Below, one piece after another: positions 1-11,500 of a stretch of DNA of 49,378 nt. The stretch lies in assembly GCA_021734065.1 (NCBI GenBank), contig JAIPJQ010000005.1, positions 1 to 49,378 of the forward strand, read 5' to 3'. The notes beneath the pieces were generated by a model. It made no database searches and was not told where the DNA came from. It saw only the letters and a program-made list of their open reading frames with translations. The stretch is from Fidelibacterota bacterium. Its GTDB lineage: Bacteria; Fidelibacterota; UBA8477. The position numbers and the translations under genes are program-made. The number at the start of each line of letters is the position of its first letter. Within the stretch, counting starts at the first letter, position 1.

Positions 1-1532
1 CGACCGGGGAGACAACCCTGAGGAGTACAAATCTTGGCGTACCACAGACCGTGATACCGTCGGATGAGGATGCGTTTTGGGTGAGCACAGATGAAGCATT
101 TTTAAGAAGGATATCACCTGATGGTGAGGAGCGGTTTCAACCGAATATGGCGCTTTCCCGGACATTCAGCCAGATAAAGGTCCTGGAGGACGGAGTGCTG
201 TTTGGAGCCGGGCGGGAAGGTATCAGCATGCTGTATCCCTTTGGATGGCGCGTCATTGAAATGGCGGATCGCACTGTGCAGCATGACTTCAATCCCCAAA
301 CACAAAGTGATCGGGTGACTGATTCATTGAATTATTTCCGGAAACCTATCTGGGAGGATGTGGTGCAGCGCTCCGATGGGCGCTTGTTTTTCTCTGTGCA
401 GGGAAAGGGTGTTCTGGAACTGGATCCTGATGATTTATCCACGGCCACACGCTATGATACCACTGGTGGCGATATCGAAATAGCGGATGGTCATCCCAAT
501 TATATGTTACCTCGCCAGCTTGTATTGGACTCCCAGGATAATGTTTGGGTCACGGTGGCGTTTGTCCCGGAAGGTGGCCAGGTTTTGACGGTGATCAGCC
601 CGGACAGTACCATTCACCAGATTCATCACAAATCAGACGGTCTTTCAACACGCCTACCCAGTGCCATAGCCATTGATCCCTATGATCGGGTTTGGATTGG
701 TGGGCAGTATCGCCATAATGAGGGTGATGTGGAGTCATCGGGCGGATTGTACTGTCTGGATACCCGTGGTGATCTGGATGACGAAGATTCGTTCCGATGG
801 GCACAGGTGTTATCCACCAGCAATCCGGGATTGGCGGGAATCGACATTTACCAACTGGAAGTGGACGCGGCTGGTTATTTGTGGGTTCGCAGTAACGCCG
901 GAGTGCAAAATATGCGAGTGCCGCAGAATTTTTTATCCACCGTCGAATTGAATGCCTATATCCGAGCCAACATGTCAAACGTAGTCTACCAATTGTCTGA
1001 TTTCACCGTTACCCAGATGGAGATTGACCAGCGTGGAAATCGCTGGTTTCTCACGGATCAGAATGGTGTCCAGATCCTCCAGTCCAATGATGTATGGATG
1101 AACGGCGGTTATGGATATAATACCAGTAATTCCGGCATCATTGATGACCAAACCTACGCGGCCGGCTTTGACGTCGAATCGGGTCTGGCTTACTTGAGTA
1201 CCGGTAAAGGATTAGCGGTGCTGCAAACCCCATTCGCCAGACCCAGATCGGATTATAAAACCGTGACCATTTATCCGCAGCCCTTCAGACCGGACAACCA
1301 GGAGAAGGTGTATATCCAAGGCTTAATGGATAATTCCACTGTGAAAATCATAACCATCAATGGTAGCGTGGTTCGTGAGTTGGCATCTGTTTCCGGTGAG
1401 GTGAAGGGCTATGAAGCCGCCTGGGATGGCAGGGACGCGGCTGGTGACCTGGTAGGCACGGGCGTCTATTTATTACTCTATTATACGGAAAATGGCGATT
1501 CGGAAGTGGGGAAGCTGGCTGTGGTTCGCTGA
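1..1532 (+). CDS. PorZ-like beta-propeller protein with C-terminal T9SS/FlgD-Ig sorting domain (5'-partial)
   Basis: The frame is open from base 3, so the gene begins upstream of the window. It has repeated two-component-regulator-propeller blades (LVLDSQDNVW, IAIDPYDRVW, LEVDAAGYLW, MEIDQRGNRWF). The C-terminus YPQPFRP...VYIQGL..NSTVKIITING..V..L...WDGRD..G..V.TGVYL...GKLAVVR is the form typical of PorZ homologues. Confidence 0.7.
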   Translation, partial: TGETTLRSTNLGVPQTVIPSDEDAFWVSTDEAFLRRISPDGEERFQPNMALSRTFSQIKVLEDGVLFGAGREGISMLYPFGWRVIEMADRTVQHDFNPQTQSDRVTDSLNYFRKPIWEDVVQRSDGRLFFSVQGKGVLELDPDDLSTATRYDTTGGDIEIADGHPNYMLPRQLVLDSQDNVWVTVAFVPEGGQVLTVISPDSTIHQIHHKSDGLSTRLPSAIAIDPYDRVWIGGQYRHNEGDVESSGGLYCLDTRGDLDDEDSFRWAQVLSTSNPGLAGIDIYQLEVDAAGYLWVRSNAGVQNMRVPQNFLSTVELNAYIRANMSNVVYQLSDFTVTQMEIDQRGNRWFLTDQNGVQILQSNDVWMNGGYGYNTSNSGIIDDQTYAAGFDVESGLAYLSTGKGLAVLQTPFARPRSDYKTVTIYPQPFRPDNQEKVYIQGLMDNSTVKIITINGSVVRELASVSGEVKGYEAAWDGRDAAGDLVGTGVYLLLYYTENGDSEVGKLAVVR

Positions 1533-1562
1533 ACGAATTTTCATATTCCCAGCCCGATATTT

Positions 1563-1599
1563 AAAAAGGTCACTCAATCAAATGGGCGATCTTTTTTTT
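1563..1599. terminator. Probable bidirectional intrinsic terminator between the convergent PorZ-like gene and acs
   Basis: AAAAAGGTCACTCA-loop-TGGGCGATCTTTTTTTT: imperfect hairpin (G-U pairs, one mismatch) flanked by A and T tracts. Confidence 0.65.
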
Positions 1600-1617
1600 A
1601 TCCCGGTTTGCCCAGCT

Positions 1618-3585
<1,968 letters not shown>

Positions 3586-3716
3586 TTGCTCTCCTCTCGT
3601 GGTGAGTGCTAATCCCAACTGTTGTCACTGATTGATATTAAAGTTTAACGCAAATCGTTTGTGTAGCAATGTAAAACAAATGGCGGAATGACAATTAACC
3701 CGATTTTTATTGGGCG

Positions 3717-5237
3717 CTACTGAAGCAAGCGGAGCATGAGCAGGGCAAGCAAGGCGCCACTGGCGGTGCAGATGATATTCACCCAGTCATTGTCGATTTT
3801 ACGAATCCCGCCAATGAGTACGGAAGGCGCGCCACAGTGGTTGCGATTTTCTGTCTCTTTGCCGCACACGGTACAGGCGAATTTGGCCTGGATAGTTGCG
3901 CCCACAATGCTGTCCACCAGGCTCGCAAGAAATCCACTCCCAGCGGTAACCAGCAGGAATTTGGGAAAAGTGAGTAAATCGGGACGCAAAAGATAACCGA
4001 TGCTACCGATGATTACAGCCCCAAATATTCCTCCCATAGTACCGGGCAGGGACACACCACCGGAATAGCCCTTCACTACCGGTTTCCAGGTGATGATATG
4101 GCGGGGATTATGGCGAGACAATCTTCCCAACTCAGTCTCCCAGGTGTCTGACATGGCAGCCGCCAGTGAGGCTAAGAAAACAGTGAAAAGCATCGGCTCG
4201 TCCAGGAAATACCATGTAATGGTCACCAGCAGGGCAATTCCACCATTGGCGTAAACCTGAATAATGTCCCGGTTGGAACCTTTTTCGTTCACATGGTACA
4301 GGTGGGGTCCGCGGTGGTCGGATATTTTTGAAAGCAGGCTGGAAAGGGCAAAAAATGCGATGAGAGGGACCATAAATTGCCAGCCACCCATCCCAAACAT
4401 AAAGACACCCAGAATGAAGGCGCCCACACCACCACCGGCCGTGAGCAGACGAAATTTGTAAGCGAGCCATCCCAAGGTCGCTGAAAACAAAATCCAAATA
4501 GAGAATTCCGGAAGGGACTGACTCATGTAGTTATGAAGGGTCAAATCCAAGGACAGCGCGGCCGCCAGGGTGAGGGTGAGATTATCCGAACCTTGTCGGG
4601 AAGCAGATTCGGCCAGCATACTCATGAGTGCTGTAATCACTCCCAGCAGCAAAAGGAACGATAAAGGGAGAGCCCCATGATTGTTGTCCTCCAATCCGTA
4701 AAAAAAGGGGAAAAACAGTAAGACGACGATCAAAGCAGTGATGAAAAATGTGAGACTACCAGCCAGAGTCTTTTTATCCTGCCAGAAAATAAAAGTTTTT
4801 GGATAGGTAAGTTGTTCTCCCACAATGGAGGCAGCAGTATCGGCAAAGGCAAGGATGAGCAGCGCCGTAAGCATGACTGCCGGGCTGCGATTCCAATACA
4901 GGGCGATGACAATAATGAACGCGATGGGGAAGTACACCGTCCCATACGAAATGCGATCTGTGGCATGCATACCGGAGAATACATGACTTTTGAGTGCGAA
5001 GTAATTGATGATAACAAACAATATCCCCAAAATGATTGCCGGTGTTGCTGAGGTGAGAATGAAGGGGGCGAAGACGAGTAAAACACCTACCAGAATATGG
5101 ACCAGTTTGCGGCTGAACTCAGGGTGCCAGTGGAAATATTTTCGCGCGATTTCTGCCAGGGTGATGGTGACGAAGATGGTCAGCAGAAATACAGCGAAGG
5201 CAAGCCATTCATTTGAGAAGGTAAAAAGTTTGGGCAT
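3717..5237 (-). CDS. Polytopic membrane protein: phytol/dolichol-kinase-like (CTP-dependent) domain fused to DUF92/TMEM19 domain
   Basis: The N-half has RKLVHI..G, D.AAS.VG, KT..GS and E.....SDNL. The C-half has R...QVYANGG, AAAMSDTWETELG, SGGVS..G, S.VDS.VGAT.QA.F.C..C and NDWVN. Confidence 0.85.
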   Translation of the reverse strand: MPKLFTFSNEWLAFAVFLLTIFVTITLAEIARKYFHWHPEFSRKLVHILVGVLLVFAPFILTSATPAIILGILFVIINYFALKSHVFSGMHATDRISYGTVYFPIAFIIVIALYWNRSPAVMLTALLILAFADTAASIVGEQLTYPKTFIFWQDKKTLAGSLTFFITALIVVLLFFPFFYGLEDNNHGALPLSFLLLLGVITALMSMLAESASRQGSDNLTLTLAAALSLDLTLHNYMSQSLPEFSIWILFSATLGWLAYKFRLLTAGGGVGAFILGVFMFGMGGWQFMVPLIAFFALSSLLSKISDHRGPHLYHVNEKGSNRDIIQVYANGGIALLVTITWYFLDEPMLFTVFLASLAAAMSDTWETELGRLSRHNPRHIITWKPVVKGYSGGVSLPGTMGGIFGAVIIGSIGYLLRPDLLTFPKFLLVTAGSGFLASLVDSIVGATIQAKFACTVCGKETENRNHCGAPSVLIGGIRKIDNDWVNIICTASGALLALLMLRLLQ

Positions 5238-5371
5238 TGGTCTCCGTTCCGATTTGGCTCAATTGTAATTTGGCGGTGGAAATTCAGAAACAGTTTTTCA
5301 GATAGACAGATGAAATTTATGTGTCGGAAAAAGCCGGTCGGCCAGAAGAAATTTGTTTGAATGCACAGGAT

Positions 5372-5408
5372 AAAAAAAGGCCGCCTCAATGCAGAAGCGG
5401 CCTTTTTT
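5372..5408 (-). terminator. Intrinsic terminator downstream of the FG-GAP/CTD gene
   Basis: AAAAAAAGGCCGC-loop-GCGGCCTTTTTT: perfect stem with A/T tracts on both sides, ~40 nt after the stop at 5448. Confidence 0.85.
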
Positions 5409-5447
5409 AAGATCAAACGACGCTGCGTTTGTAATCAGGTAATCTGA

Positions 5448-8297
5448 TTATTTCAGCAGGGTCATCCGTTGGGTTTTCACCACATTGCCGGCGCGGAGTT
5501 CATAGATATAGATACCGGAAGCAACGCTGCGTCCATAAGCATCTTTACCATTCCATTCCAGACTGTGGGTACCCTTCTGGTACATCTGATTGTCAGCCAG
5601 ACGGACAACTTCCTGACCCTTGATATTGTAAATGGTCAGAGAGAGTTCCTTGGCCAATGGCAGACTGAAGTTGATGGTCGTTGTGGGGTTGAACGGATTG
5701 GGGTAGTTCTGCTCCAAGACATAGTCTTCCGGAGTAATGACTGTCCAATCGCTGTTCACGCCTGTAGCCGTTTCTTCAACGACTGCGAAGGTATATCCTA
5801 ACGGATTGCCGCCGCTGTAAGGCGGTTCCAGGAAGCCCTGAACCAGTTCAGGATAACCGTCACCATCCATATCGCCACCGTAGGTTACGCCGAAGCCACC
5901 CATGGTGTTGGTATGATTCGCCACGACCTTCATGCTCCAGTTAGCTGCATCCAGAACATCACCACCGTCGTAGTTCCATTCGTAGATACGACCGTAGTTG
6001 TAGTCCACCGAATAGATTTCTTCGACGCCGTCGCCGTCGCCGTCACCCTTGGTTACGGACCAAACCGCACCAAAGTCAGAGATCCAGCTGACATGTTCAT
6101 CATCCCAGGTGCTGACACCACTAGTATCCACAACCAGGCCGGTAATATCGGAAACATCCGAACCGCTGGCAGTTACCGCATAGAGTGCCCCATGACCGTA
6201 CATGCCACCATAAAGCTCATCAGCGCCGTCGCCATCCAGATCCGCGGTGACGGTACCAGCATAGCTGACACCATCCTGCAGCGAGGAATCTAACCAGGCG
6301 TAAGTCTGGAACTCATAAGTGTTGGCATCGGTCGCTTCCACGATATAGAGACCAGCGTGATCCCATGCGGAGAAAAGCACTTCCTGCATACCATCACCAT
6401 CCAGGTCACCAACGGTGCCACCCCAGGGTGATCCACCGAAGACGCCGTCACTTTGACGGGCCATGAACTCGTTCACGGAGCTATAGAAACCGGAATCAAA
6501 GGTTCCATCAATGGAGAGGATCAGGAAGACATCAAAGTCATTGTCCGAACCGTTATTTGCAATCAGCAATTCCTGCTGGCCGTCATCATCCGGATCACCA
6601 ATGCCGAAGGATTCAAAGCGATAGCGATCAGGTTCGCCGCCATCAATCTGAATGGGTACCTGATAGTAGGTATAACCATTATCGGTACCGTCCCATTCCC
6701 AGACATGGACACCATTTTCTTCACCTGGTGCACCGGCCTGGACAAAAATGAACTCGCCACTGCCGTTACCATCCAGATCACCGGTTACCACATAGCGTGG
6801 GGTAGAACCATAGGAAGTCACGGTATCCTCAGTTGAGAAGACCCATTCCAGTGTATTGTCACCAATGACTTCATACACATGAATACCGTTGTTGGTATAG
6901 TCTGTAATGGCGATTTCGGGTTTGCCGTCACCGTCCAGATCCGAACCGGCGTGCACACCACGGGTCTGCCAACCGGGATTGTCATCGTTAGCAACGATGT
7001 AATTCACCGTGCTCGGGGCATAATCAAAGGCATCATGCTCTAACATGATGGCTTTGGGCACATCGCGGGAGACCACAAAGATTTCATCAATACCATCTTT
7101 GTCAAAATCACCCACAGCCACATCCTGCCAGCGATCGGTACCACCGGCGCTGGTGAGCTCATAGTAATCCCAGGAGGCGGGGTCGCCTACCGGACCACCA
7201 TTGTACTCGAAGTCCAGGACCTGGCCCTGAGCGGCAGTATTACCGTATGTGGCAATTAAGTCCATGCCATCAGTAGGGGTGCGCCACACATCCGGGTTGC
7301 CAACTTTAGCGCCACGGAAGCCCAGAGAATCGCCCCACCAGAGTTCATGGAAATCTGTGGAAGGATCCCAGGCACTCAGATCACCGCTATTGGTGTACAG
7401 GAACAGACCACCGCCAACTGAGGGCAGGATAATTTCTGTGTACCCGTCACCGTCGAAATCAGCGGCGTCCAGGCCACGCAGGGAGCCACCATCGGTTTCG
7501 GTAATATCATCCGACCAATAGAGGTTGGAATAGGTATCTTCGCCATCAACCTGATAAAAGGCGATGCCGTTGAAATCCCATTCCACCAGCGCGAAATTAT
7601 TGGTACCATCTGCATCGAAATCACCCACAACAGCACCATAGGCGGTGTAGCCCAGGGTAGAGTCTACAAACTCGGTCTGCCAGTTGGGAAATTCAAATGT
7701 GGAGCTGGGATCGAGTGAGAAGATAAAGACATAGTCATTGTCAGTCTCATGCATGAGGATTTCAGTGACACCGTCATCGTCCAGGTCGCCAGCCCAGAGA
7801 CTGGAAACTGAACCACCGGTGCCAACACCTGCAATGGTTAGCGGTTGAAAGGATGCTACGCGATTCATGTTGAAATCTTCACTCAGCGTGTCGTATTCAA
7901 ACACGAAAAAACCCTGCTGGGTGGAAGTGGCATCACCACCAACAAGCAGTTCCGGTAAGCCATCCTCATCCAGGTCAACCATCTGGTCAGCAGCTTCAAA
8001 ACTGTAGGTCACATCGGTGATATTGTGGGTCCAAACCTCTTCCCAGGCATTGTCCCCTGAAACCTCGAACAGATGCAGTGTGATGCCATTGAAGTCGGTG
8101 AAACCTAACATCTCATTGTTACCATCACCATCCAGGTCATAGGGACCACTGACACCCCAAAACACGTCGCCATCTTCAGTGTTGGTCATTGACCAAACTT
8201 CACTGAAGCTGTTCACGCCATTTCCGCCTGCAAAGGCGAAGCCGGCAAATACGACTAGCGATAACGCGATTGTCCATTTAGGTAGCGTTGTACGCAT
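5448..8297 (-). CDS. Secreted FG-GAP/VCBS-repeat double beta-propeller protein with T9SS type-A/FlgD-Ig CTD
   Basis: Signal peptide (..FAGFAFA). Many GD[LF]D.DG..E motifs. C-terminus LEQNYPNPFNPTTTI.FSLP...IYNIKGQ.V..L...WNG.D..G..VASGIYIYEL...MTLLK. GGAGGA RBS. Confidence 0.9.
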   Translation of the reverse strand: MRTTLPKWTIALSLVVFAGFAFAGGNGVNSFSEVWSMTNTEDGDVFWGVSGPYDLDGDGNNEMLGFTDFNGITLHLFEVSGDNAWEEVWTHNITDVTYSFEAADQMVDLDEDGLPELLVGGDATSTQQGFFVFEYDTLSEDFNMNRVASFQPLTIAGVGTGGSVSSLWAGDLDDDGVTEILMHETDNDYVFIFSLDPSSTFEFPNWQTEFVDSTLGYTAYGAVVGDFDADGTNNFALVEWDFNGIAFYQVDGEDTYSNLYWSDDITETDGGSLRGLDAADFDGDGYTEIILPSVGGGLFLYTNSGDLSAWDPSTDFHELWWGDSLGFRGAKVGNPDVWRTPTDGMDLIATYGNTAAQGQVLDFEYNGGPVGDPASWDYYELTSAGGTDRWQDVAVGDFDKDGIDEIFVVSRDVPKAIMLEHDAFDYAPSTVNYIVANDDNPGWQTRGVHAGSDLDGDGKPEIAITDYTNNGIHVYEVIGDNTLEWVFSTEDTVTSYGSTPRYVVTGDLDGNGSGEFIFVQAGAPGEENGVHVWEWDGTDNGYTYYQVPIQIDGGEPDRYRFESFGIGDPDDDGQQELLIANNGSDNDFDVFLILSIDGTFDSGFYSSVNEFMARQSDGVFGGSPWGGTVGDLDGDGMQEVLFSAWDHAGLYIVEATDANTYEFQTYAWLDSSLQDGVSYAGTVTADLDGDGADELYGGMYGHGALYAVTASGSDVSDITGLVVDTSGVSTWDDEHVSWISDFGAVWSVTKGDGDGDGVEEIYSVDYNYGRIYEWNYDGGDVLDAANWSMKVVANHTNTMGGFGVTYGGDMDGDGYPELVQGFLEPPYSGGNPLGYTFAVVEETATGVNSDWTVITPEDYVLEQNYPNPFNPTTTINFSLPLAKELSLTIYNIKGQEVVRLADNQMYQKGTHSLEWNGKDAYGRSVASGIYIYELRAGNVVKTQRMTLLK

Positions 8298-8405
8298 AAG
8301 TCCTCCTCTTTTTGGTTATTTTGAACCTGCCCCTGTTTTTCTCTTTACCAATAGCCATTGACTTTCTGGTACGAGCAGGCTCCAAATTTTCATTATTGTG
8401 CAAAG

Positions 8406-8434
8406 AATCTACCGCTTGCCTGCTGCCAATTCAA
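8406..8434 (-). promoter_or_regulatory. Putative sigma70 promoter for the FG-GAP gene
   Basis: Minus-strand TTGAAT (8434-8429), 17-nt spacer, TAGATT (8411-8406). Confidence 0.5.
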
Positions 8435-8495
8435 GTAAAAATGCGGGTTGGTATAAACATTAGTTCATATAATCTTATTAACAAACCAGCGTTTA

Positions 8496-8524
8496 TTGAC
8501 AAGTGTCACACCGCCGACTATATT
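8496..8524 (+). promoter_or_regulatory. Putative sigma70 promoter for the TBDR-cargo-PorV operon
   Basis: TTGACA (8496-8501), 17-nt spacer, TATATT (8519-8524), ~40 nt upstream of ATG 8563, with a GGAG RBS. Confidence 0.75.
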
Positions 8525-8562
8525 GCCCGCCAAATCGGATAAGAAATAGGGTGGAGTAACCA

Positions 8563-11500
8563 ATGAAGAGAGCCTCTCTCCAGATAACAAAAATTTTTAT
8601 CAATCAACTAATTGTACCGGGTATTCTCATATTCAGCACGGCTGCATTTGGTAGCACCAGCGGTAAGATCTCCGGGCGTGTAACCGATGCTGAAACCGGC
8701 ACATCACTTCCGGGCGTCAATGTCGTTTTGGAAGGGGAAACACTGGGCGCCAGCACGGACTTGAATGGCATGTACTACATTATCAATGTACCCGTGGGCG
8801 TCTATAATGTGCGCGCCAGCATGATGGGGTATGCCGAAACACGGGTAACGGAAGTCAAGGTGCTGGGTGATTTGACGACGGAAGTCAATTTTAATCTCAC
8901 AACACAGGTTCTTGAAGCCGGTCAGGTGGTTGAGGTAGTGGCCGAGCGTCCCATGGTTCAGAAAGACCTCACCAGTGGTCGCTCAATCGTGAGTGCCGAA
9001 GATATCAAAGAGATGCCGGTGGAATCGGTTAGTGGCATTATTGGGACCAAGGCTGGCGTGGTAACCGGTACGGATGGGGCAATCCACATTCGTGGCGGCC
9101 GCTCCAGCGAAGTTTCCTACATGATTGATGGCGTACCCATGACCAACCCGGCCTGGGGCGGACTTTCATCGGGTGTTGAGAACAATGCGGTGCAGGAGCT
9201 GCAAATTCTCAGCGGAACCTTCAATGCTGAATATGGCCAGGCCATGTCCGGTGTTATCAATATCGTCACCAAAGAGGGAGCGACGAAATTCCAGGGATCG
9301 CTTTCCGGCTATGTGGGCGATTACTACACCACCCATACCGATGTTTTTGAATACGCGGATCAGTTCCAAGCCACCAATATTCGCAACCTGGAAGGCTCTT
9401 TCAGTGGTCCCGTGCCGGGACTTGGAAACAAATTGTCCTTCTTCCTGTCCGGTCGCTATTATGAAAATGGCGGCTACCTGCGAGGTGTGGAGGAACACCA
9501 ACCCGGTGATGTGAACTACCTGTCCACACGGACAGTGGAAGAATTACTCAATTCTCCCTATGGCGAAGCCGGACTTCTAAATTTCGCGGAGCCTTTTGAC
9601 GATTTAAATGGCGACGGGCAGATTGAGCCCAACAGTGAACCCTATATCGATTTTGATGGCAATGGCCGCTACAATCCCGGCGAACCCTTTCGGGATGTGA
9701 ATGGCAACGGCCGGTATGATCATCCGGGCGTTGACCTGGATGGTGACGGATTCCTCAATCCGGAAGAATTGGAATTTATCGACCTGAATGGAAACGGCGT
9801 CCTGGACGGCGACCCATTTTACGATTACAACAACAATGGCGTGCTGGATGGCGAACCGTTCATCGATTTTAACGGTAACGGTGTTTGGGACAGCGGTGCC
9901 GGCGGATCAGGCGATGTGGTCCGCATGAATCACTCGGAGCGGATCAACTTCAACTCCAAGCTCACCTGGCGCATTACGCCGAAATTGAAGCTTAACTATA
10001 ATGTATTATATAATGGCGGCGTGAGTCAGGATTACAGCCTGGCTTATAAATACAATCCGCTGGGCCGCGGAACCGACGACTCCTACTCCATTTCCCACAT
10101 TCTTGACATTACACACTCCCTTTCAAATAGCTTCTTTTATAACTTGAAAGGTTCTTACTACGCGTCGGAATCCAAAACCTATTATCGGGATTTGCTGCCC
10201 AACGAGCTCACGGTCACTGACCAAAAAATATTTTCCACATTAGACGGGCTGATTGCGTACGCCCAGACGGAAGACCTGGAAAGTGGTAAATGGTACGGTA
10301 ATGCGAATGATTCGCTTTTGATTCTCAGGGTTGATGTTACGCTGATTAACAGTGGTTCCGGTGTAGACTTCAGGCTCTCCAATCCCGAAAGTAACACTTA
10401 TTATGTGGGGGATAGCCTTGGTACAACAGAGGTTGACTTTGTGGGATTATTGGAATGGATGAAAGGTCAGTGGGGTAACAGCGATTGGGAGATCACCTCC
10501 GATGTGACCCTGAGTGATGTGAAGAACAATATCTTCCTCCCCAATACCATCACCTTCTCACCGCCCAATGAATATTACGGTGGCGGACACAATTCCGGCT
10601 ATACCCGTCGCAAAAACCAGACGCTCTACTTAAGTGGCTCAATGACCTGGCAATATAACAACACGCATCAGATCAAGGCGGGTGTGGGGTACAAGAGCCA
10701 TGTGATGAATTACCAGACATTCGCTACCGAAGTAAGCAGCTCTACCGGCTGGATTCCGGATGGGAAAACACCCGAAACCAGTTATTCCAACGACAGCTAC
10801 ACCAATTGGCTGAGTGATGTGGCCAAAGTGGGTACCATTGCACAAAGTGACCGCCGTCCACAAGAATATTTTGCCTATATCCAGGACAAAATCGAGCTGG
10901 TGGATATGATCGTGAATGTGGGATTGCGTTATGATTACTTCAATCCCAATTACTATGTACCCGGTGATTACAAGGATCCGGACAATCCACGCTATTACCT
11001 CTATACGACGGTTGATTCAGTGGATGGAATGGCCTTTGTAGATACCGCGCTGGCTTCAGAGCGTGAATACCAGGGCACCGGAGAGGTGATTGATACACTG
11101 AACGCTACCGGCGGTCAGTGGCAGACCTATAAAGATTTCTATCAGTATGTTGATCCGGTTCACCAATTCAGTCCGCGAATCGGCGTTGCTTATCCGATTA
11201 CCGACAGAGGAATCATTCACTTCAGTTATGGACATTTTTTCCAGATTCCCACGTTTGCATACCTGTATGCCAATCCGGAATTTGAAATTGCCGGTGACAA
11301 CCAGTCCATTTTAGGTAATGCAGCCTTAAAACCGCAAAAAACGGTGAAATACGAAATTGGCTTGCAGCAGGAATTAGCGCCTGATCTGGCCATTGAATTG
11401 ATCGCATTCTACCAGGATTTCTCCGGCCTGCTGAGTTCGGAACTCAAGGAGACCTACAACGGCACACGCTACTCTATTTATGCCAATTCCGATTATGGTA

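Noticed and set aside
9589-9891. Repeats as a CRISPR array or DNA-level VNTR
   Set aside because: The repeats are conserved only at the protein level within an open frame, with no identical direct repeats separated by unique spacers.
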